Origin: Candidatus Aadella gelida
Lineage (GTDB): Bacteria > Omnitrophota > Gorgyraeia > Tantalellales > Tantalellaceae
Direction: 5' to 3'
Length of the DNA stretch: 54,197 bases
Assembly: GCA_030765205.1 (NCBI GenBank)
Contig: JAVCDB010000008.1
Location: 1-54,197 of the forward strand
The notes beneath the pieces are model-generated. The model was not told the origin of the DNA and ran no database searches. It saw nothing but the letters and a program-made list of their open reading frames with translations. Made by a program: the position numbers and the translations under genes. Positions 48,704 through 54,197 of the stretch are shown here, in pieces (positions within the stretch are counted from its first letter, which is position 1; each line of letters opens with the position of its first letter).

Positions 48704-50907
48704 TTCGCCTCAAGCATTTCTTTTAATTTTACAGGTTCACTTACAGGTCTATCACATTTTCTGTCCCTGCACACATAAACCGTGCTAATCCCTTCTTTAG
48801 ATACTTTTCCCGCAATCCACGGCACAAGGTTTTCCAGATCTTCTCTTTCTTTTTCCTCTCTTGGGATAAGGACAAGTGTTTTATTGGGAAGATACGTCTC
48901 GTGTATCTCCGTGAGAAGCTCACCGGTCAGAGGTCCGTCTTCTCCCTGAACCACAGCTATCTCCCTGTCCGGGCCCAGAACAAAATCAATAGAGTTCATC
49001 ATTTCCAGATAGTTTTCGGGACTCCGGGTCAATACGCCTGAAAATGCCTTCAGAACTTCTCTGGCCTTCTTTATATATTTCTCGTCAGTTGTAAACCCGG
49101 CTATACGAGCCAGATCCATGACAGCAACAGAATTCCCTGAAGGAACGGCTCCGTCGTAGACTTCTTTATTCCTAAAAACAAGTTTTTCAGCTTCGTCAGA
49201 TACAAAGAAAAAACCACCTGAAGCATCGTCCCAAAAAAGATCTATCATCTTATCTGTAAGACTTTTTGCCTCTTTCAAATATCTGACATTAAAAGTAGTT
49301 TCATACAAATCAAGCAGAGCCTGCACTAAAAAAGCGTAATCTTCTATCATTCCGTCAATGCCGCTCTCCCCATTACGATATCTATGAAGAACTTTTCCTT
49401 CTTCAGTTACAAGGTTCTCCAAAAGGAACACAGCCGCCTCTTCTCCCGCCTTTATGTATCTTCCCTCATCAAGAACCCTGCCTCCTGTAGCCAGCGAGGA
49501 GATCATAAGACCGTTCCAATCCGTTAGGACTTTATCATCTTTTCTCGGATGTTCTCTTTTTGTTCTTTCCTGACCCAGGATATTTTTTGATGCCGCTAGT
49601 TCTTCATTAATCTTATCTTCATCTTTCTTAAAACGTGTAGCGACCGCGTCCATGTCTTTGGCTACATGTAAAACATTTTTACCCTTGAATTCACCGTTAG
49701 TGTTATCCATAGCGTTCCCTGCATCTTCTATCCCGAATCTGTAAGAAAACATTTCACCTTTATCCGCTCCTAATATCCGGATAATCTCTTCCTTGTTCCA
49801 TAGGTAATAAGCCCCTTCTTCTTCCTTTGCATCATCTCCATAAATAGAATCCGCGTCTTCCGAAGAATAGAATCCTCCAGAGGGAGATTTAAGTTCTCTC
49901 ATTACATAATCTAAAATGTCTCTGGCCCATACGGAGTATTCTTTTTTCCCTGTCACTTGATACATTTCTACATAGGCCCTTGAAAGCAAAGCCTGATCAT
50001 AGAGCATCTTCTCAAAATGAGGGATTTTCCATTGCCGGTCGGTAGAATATCTATGCACGCCTCCGCCGATCTGGTCAGTTATTCCTCCTTTTGCTATTTC
50101 CGATAAAGTCTTCTCAGCTAGTTTTAAAGCTTCTTTGCTCCCGGTCCTTTTCCAGTAACGCAGCAGGAATGAAACAGAATATGCCATAGGAAATTTAGGA
50201 GCTTCCCCTATCCCCCCATAACGCGTATCCATTTTTTTTATTAGATTGCTATAGGCCACCTTTAATAGTTCCTTTAAGTCCTTCTCGGATATATCTTTTT
50301 TCTCTTCGCCGGGCTCTTCGCCTTTCCCCGATATGGTTTCCAGAAGAAGTTCGCTTGACCTTACAAGGTCATCCCTCTTATTCTTCCATGCCTCTATCAC
50401 TGAGGTCAGTAGATTCGTCATCCCCGGAAGACCATAAGTATCCTTAACAGGAAAATATGTTCCCCCATAAAAAGGCTTCCCATCGGCTGTTATGAAAACA
50501 GTAAGAGGCCATCCTCCGGACCCCGTCATAGCGGTAACAGCATTCATGTACAGATTATCTATATCAGGCCTCTCTTCTCTGTCAACCTTGACCGGCACAA
50601 AATGTTCGTTAAGTATTTTAGCGACCTTTTCATCTGAAAAAGATTCTCTCCTCATAACATGACACCAGTGACACGCGGAATAGCCTATGGACAGAAAGAT
50701 AGGTTTATCTTCCCTCTTGGCTTTGCTGAACGCTTCTTCTCCCCATGGATACCAATCAACCGGATCATGGGCATGCTCCTGAAGGTAGGGGCTGCTCTCT
50801 TTTATTAAACGGTTTCCTTCCATCAACTCACTTTCCCCTATTGCCGGAGAGCCGGGAACAAGAACAAGGAATAACAATAAAACTGTCAGTGCGGATGCTT
50901 TTATCAT
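48700..50907 (-). CDS. YyaL/SSP411 family thioredoxin-domain protein
   Basis: [57 protein letters not shown]. Confidence 0.93.
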   Translation of the reverse strand: MIKASALTVLLLFLVLVPGSPAIGESELMEGNRLIKESSPYLQEHAHDPVDWYPWGEEAFSKAKREDKPIFLSIGYSACHWCHVMRRESFSDEKVAKILNEHFVPVKVDREERPDIDNLYMNAVTAMTGSGGWPLTVFITADGKPFYGGTYFPVKDTYGLPGMTNLLTSVIEAWKNKRDDLVRSSELLLETISGKGEEPGEEKKDISEKDLKELLKVAYSNLIKKMDTRYGGIGEAPKFPMAYSVSFLLRYWKRTGSKEALKLAEKTLSEIAKGGITDQIGGGVHRYSTDRQWKIPHFEKMLYDQALLSRAYVEMYQVTGKKEYSVWARDILDYVMRELKSPSGGFYSSEDADSIYGDDAKEEEGAYYLWNKEEIIRILGADKGEMFSYRFGIEDAGNAMDNTNGEFKGKNVLHVAKDMDAVATRFKKDEDKINEELAASKNILGQERTKREHPRKDDKVLTDWNGLMISSLATGGRVLDEGRYIKAGEEAAVFLLENLVTEEGKVLHRYRNGESGIDGMIEDYAFLVQALLDLYETTFNVRYLKEAKSLTDKMIDLFWDDASGGFFFVSDEAEKLVFRNKEVYDGAVPSGNSVAVMDLARIAGFTTDEKYIKKAREVLKAFSGVLTRSPENYLEMMNSIDFVLGPDREIAVVQGEDGPLTGELLTEIHETYLPNKTLVLIPREEKEREDLENLVPWIAGKVSKEGISTVYVCRDRKCDRPVSEPVKLKEMLEAK

Positions 50908-50933
50908 CTGTCTTAGGTTCTTTCTGTTAAATT

Positions 50934-52172
50934 TTATCCAATGATGTCCTTTTTCTCTTCATCCCAAAGAAAGACCTTATCTTTCGGACGCACATTGAAC
51001 GGCAGCTTTATCCCTACTTTTTGTCCTTTCTGAGCAAACTCGACACGGCCATGTTCAATCTCCATTTCTTTCACATTAAAGAATTCGGCGGGCGTCTTTT
51101 TCCCTGTTATCAATATTTTTTGTCCCGCCTTTAGTGATCCGGTTCTCAAGAATATTTCCGCAACATTTATTTTCTTGTAGAACTTCATAACCTCACCTAA
51201 ATACGTCTTTTCATAATCTCTCTCAGCATCCCCTTCACCGTTCCTCGGGATACCGAAATAAAATCCGTCCGTAAAACCTCTATTAAAAGTTTTAAGTAAT
51301 CTTTTCTCTAATTTCTTCTTTTTCTCTAGAGATAGCTCCTCCTCATAGAAAGCGTCAATAGCCTCTCTGTAAACCGATGTGACTTCACTAACATATTCCG
51401 GAGGCCTGTTCCTCCCTTCTATCTTAAACGCGTCTATCCCGGCCGTTATGAGCTCGTCAATAAATCTTACAGAACACAGATCCTTTGCGCTTAATATATA
51501 GTCTTCGCCTAATGTGTATTCACATTCATTTTCTTTATCCTTGATCACAAATTCTCTGCGGCACGGCTGTATGCACTCCCCTCTATTAGCGGACCTGGAA
51601 AAAGATTCGTGCGAAAGCAGGCATCTTCCTGAAACACTTAAACACATCGCTCCGTGCACAAAAGTCTCTACTCCGCATTTTATCCCTTCTTTCTCCGCTC
51701 TTGATATAATGTTTTTTATATCTTCCAAAGTGTTTTCCCGGGCAAGCACTATTCGTTTAATGCCGAGTTCGGAATAGAACTTAAATGCTTCAAAATTGGA
51801 TACGCTTGCTTGAGTTGACAGATGAACATTAAGACCCATTTCTTTCGCCATGCGTAAAATAGCGGCATCCCATAGCACCACCGCATCGACTTGAGCCTCT
51901 TTAGCGGCTCGAAGTATATCCCGCGCCTTGCCCAGCTCGTTATCGTAGATCATAGCATTAAGAGCCAGATATCCCTTCTTCCCTTCTTCATGAAGAAACT
52001 TCATTATCTTCTTTATCTCCAGGATATCAAAATTCTCGGCTCCCTGGCGCATATTGAACCCTTTCACACCGAAATAAACGGCATCGGCACCGGCGCGACA
52101 GGCGCTGCTGAGGCCGCTCCAGTTTCCCGAGGGAGCCACCAGTTCAGGTCTTTTATTTAGTTTAGATTTCAC
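50934..52172 (-). CDS. Peptidase U32 family protein (TrhP/RlhA-type Fe-S hydroxylation protein)
   Basis: [31 protein letters not shown]...[16 protein letters not shown]. Confidence 0.92.
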   Translation of the reverse strand: MKSKLNKRPELVAPSGNWSGLSSACRAGADAVYFGVKGFNMRQGAENFDILEIKKIMKFLHEEGKKGYLALNAMIYDNELGKARDILRAAKEAQVDAVVLWDAAILRMAKEMGLNVHLSTQASVSNFEAFKFYSELGIKRIVLARENTLEDIKNIISRAEKEGIKCGVETFVHGAMCLSVSGRCLLSHESFSRSANRGECIQPCRREFVIKDKENECEYTLGEDYILSAKDLCSVRFIDELITAGIDAFKIEGRNRPPEYVSEVTSVYREAIDAFYEEELSLEKKKKLEKRLLKTFNRGFTDGFYFGIPRNGEGDAERDYEKTYLGEVMKFYKKINVAEIFLRTGSLKAGQKILITGKKTPAEFFNVKEMEIEHGRVEFAQKGQKVGIKLPFNVRPKDKVFLWDEEKKDIIG

Positions 52173-52228
52173 GCAGGATACGTCCTTTTACTATTGGGCC
52201 GGATATATGGTCTTCTTGAAGCTTTCTT

Positions 52229-52654
52229 CTATGATTTATCGGCAGGCGCCGAAGATTCCGATTTATTGACAAGAAACGTTTTCTGTCCAAACACCTCTTC
52301 GTTCGCGAATATCCTGAACTCATATTTCCCCGGATGCAGAAATTTTAGACCGACCAGGTTAAAAACAAGATCATGTGTAGCCAAAGGATCGTTAACAGCG
52401 ATATTTTTGGGGATATCACTTCGTCCTACAACAGAACCGTTTTCTAGATCTATGAGCTCCAAATGAAACTTATATTCACCGTTAGCATCGGTGAATTTTA
52501 TGTAAACGGATAAAAAATTATGAACACAAGGAAATTTAAACGTGTTTATATTCCCAAATATCCCTATTAAACTTTTCTTGTTAGTATGCGCTTCTGTTAT
52601 GACCTTATCGCATATAAGCATAGCGTTCACTATCGGTCTTGCGCTCTTACCCAT
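52229..52654 (-). CDS. DUF6941-like hypothetical protein
   Basis: MLICDKVI.E...KKSLIGIF..I....FP and PGKYEF pattern; AGGAGG SD. Confidence 0.7.
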   Translation of the reverse strand: MGKSARPIVNAMLICDKVITEAHTNKKSLIGIFGNINTFKFPCVHNFLSVYIKFTDANGEYKFHLELIDLENGSVVGRSDIPKNIAVNDPLATHDLVFNLVGLKFLHPGKYEFRIFANEEVFGQKTFLVNKSESSAPADKS

Positions 52655-52764
52655 ACTTCCTCCTGGTTATTAATAGTGTGAAAGAAAACAATTAACATTC
52701 GTTTTAATACTCTACAGCATTCTTCTGATCCAAGTCAAGTGTTTTAGAAAGGTCCTTCATGCAT

Positions 52765-53388
52765 CTAGATCCTTTTGACATAAAGAATATTGTGGGTTCT
52801 GTCGGATAGGCTCATCTCGGACAGTACGGAGCCTTTGAAAGTAGAAAAAATATGTTCAGCAAATCCTTCGAGAGAGGATACATTTACTTCGCTAAGTTTC
52901 GCGTTATCAAAGTACATATATTTCCCGTCTTGTGTAAAAGCGCATATGGCATGACTCTTTCCCCTGTCCCCTAAAGCAAGTACTTTAGGAGTATATCCCA
53001 GTACTTTAAGTACTGTGGCATTAAGGAAAGCATAATCTTCACAGTCTCCGTAACCTCTTTTTAAAGTCACATCCGAATCTGACCATACATCAAGCTTTCC
53101 GTCCAGCTTATATTCAACGCTGTTCGATAACCATTCGGCGTAATCTTTCAAGGACTTTATATTGTTCCGCGCTATTATGCGCACGATCTCATTATCTACC
53201 TCAACGGGACGAGATACCAGTACATGCCCGGTATGTTCGATTTCCTGCCTGACATTATAACTCCCCGATAGGGGCGCATTTATCCCTTCCGTAGCGAACA
53301 ATACAGTATTATTGAGGACCAAAGACACTATTATTACCGATATCATCCTGCCAATTACTTTTCCTTTTCTCTTGACCAAGGCTCGCAT
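52765..53388 (-). CDS. Exported transglutaminase-like cysteine peptidase (BTLCP/LapG-like)
   Basis: Signal/TM segment; Y..D...DVW....TL.RGYGDCEDYA, HAIC, YFDN. Confidence 0.8.
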   Translation of the reverse strand: MRALVKRKGKVIGRMISVIIVSLVLNNTVLFATEGINAPLSGSYNVRQEIEHTGHVLVSRPVEVDNEIVRIIARNNIKSLKDYAEWLSNSVEYKLDGKLDVWSDSDVTLKRGYGDCEDYAFLNATVLKVLGYTPKVLALGDRGKSHAICAFTQDGKYMYFDNAKLSEVNVSSLEGFAEHIFSTFKGSVLSEMSLSDRTHNILYVKRI

Positions 53389-53537
53389 TCACTTCTCCCT
53401 TTCAATACTTTTACAATACGCACCTCTAGCGTAAATATCGTGTTATTAATTTATTGATTTTTGTTATTTTACCCTAATCTCCATGCAAATATAAAGCGTT
53501 ATATCACAACCATTTACAAACTAACAATGAATTCGGC

Positions 53538-53580
53538 AAAAAAAATGGCGGAGACAAACTCTTAATTTTGCCTCCGCCAT
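53538..53580 (-). terminator. Intrinsic terminator
   Basis: ATGGCGGAG/CTCCGCCAT stem with U8 tract on the minus strand. Confidence 0.85.
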
Positions 53581-53619
53581 GATACTTCCCAAAGCTTACT
53601 AATCTCTTTCCTCAGCTCA

Positions 53620-53973
53620 TTAATTTTCGGAAAGTTTCTTGATCTCTTCGGATAATCTTTGCTTATCCTGAGTAAGACTTTGTTTTTCCTTAGCAAGCGT
53701 CTTATTCTCTTCAGAAAGAGTCTTGATTCTTCCTTCCATTGCCTTTGCCGCATTCTCAAACTGCTGCTTTTCCGTATTTAGACTCTTGATCTGATTTTGA
53801 GTCTCTTCCTGGGTCTTTTTGACCTGTTCGTTATATGCTATTATTTCGTCCTGCACGCGCGCATATTTTTCTTCAAGTTTTTCATGTTCGCTTTTAGGCA
53901 CCCCACATCCGGTAACGATCATGAATGACAGTACTAAAGCAGAACAAAGAACAACGCTTAAAACTTTTTTCAT
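53620..53973 (-). CDS. Coiled-coil lipoprotein
   Basis: MKK-hydrophobic-VTGC lipobox, heptad-rich remainder. Confidence 0.75.
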   Translation of the reverse strand: MKKVLSVVLCSALVLSFMIVTGCGVPKSEHEKLEEKYARVQDEIIAYNEQVKKTQEETQNQIKSLNTEKQQFENAAKAMEGRIKTLSEENKTLAKEKQSLTQDKQRLSEEIKKLSEN

Positions 53974-54001
53974 ACCCCTTCTCCTCCTTAACAATAACTG
54001 T

Positions 54002-54197
54002 TTACAATTCTTCGTTATTCAACTCCCTTTTATATTGCACATACTCCGTCTCAATAACATCTTCAGCAGCCTTCTTCCGAACAGTCTCTTTAGTAGAGGC
54101 GCCTTCTTCCTGCGGCTCACCGCTTTCACTCGACTCCGAACCGGAAAGAGCGCAACATCCCTCACCCGCAAAAACCCCTGTCCCGAACACCGCCACA
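54002..54197 (-). CDS. Small acidic hypothetical protein, probably exported; 5' end outside window
   Basis: Open frame runs to the window edge; ...GVFA signal-peptide-like end, then acidic tail. Confidence 0.5.
   Translation of the reverse strand, partial: VAVFGTGVFAGEGCCALSGSESSESGEPQEEGASTKETVRKKAAEDVIETEYVQYKRELNNEEL

Overview
A 54.2 kb, gene-dense chromosomal segment of a diderm bacterium (lpxA, an outer-membrane beta-barrel and a BamE-like protein are present). The gene content is suggestive of the PVC group, e.g. Ca. Omnitrophota, but that is inference only. All but three of about 55 genes lie on the minus strand. Housekeeping blocks are rpsO-pnp-dut-uppP-ftsK-rodZ-rimO-pgsA-pgpA, an Rrf2-metY-cysK-metX-metW sulfur amino acid operon, greA, PhoH2, suhB and lpxA. 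No rRNA, tRNA, CRISPR array, integrase or transposase was recognised. The most unusual items are: (1) an orphan Soj/ParA ATPase fused to a CBM48/AMPK-beta-type glycogen-binding domain, between a GH130 mannoside phosphorylase and a membrane-anchored carbohydrate-binding protein, a candidate glycan-granule positioning system; (2) many intergenic spacers built from strictly 7-nt-phased, sequence-variable units that keep a GA/TC dinucleotide in register and share modular cassettes between loci; (3) a c-di-GMP-I riboswitch with a 40-nt two-hairpin insertion in P2, plus an anti-SD hairpin, upstream of a GH113 glycosidase. All assignments come from motif recognition by eye, with no database searches.
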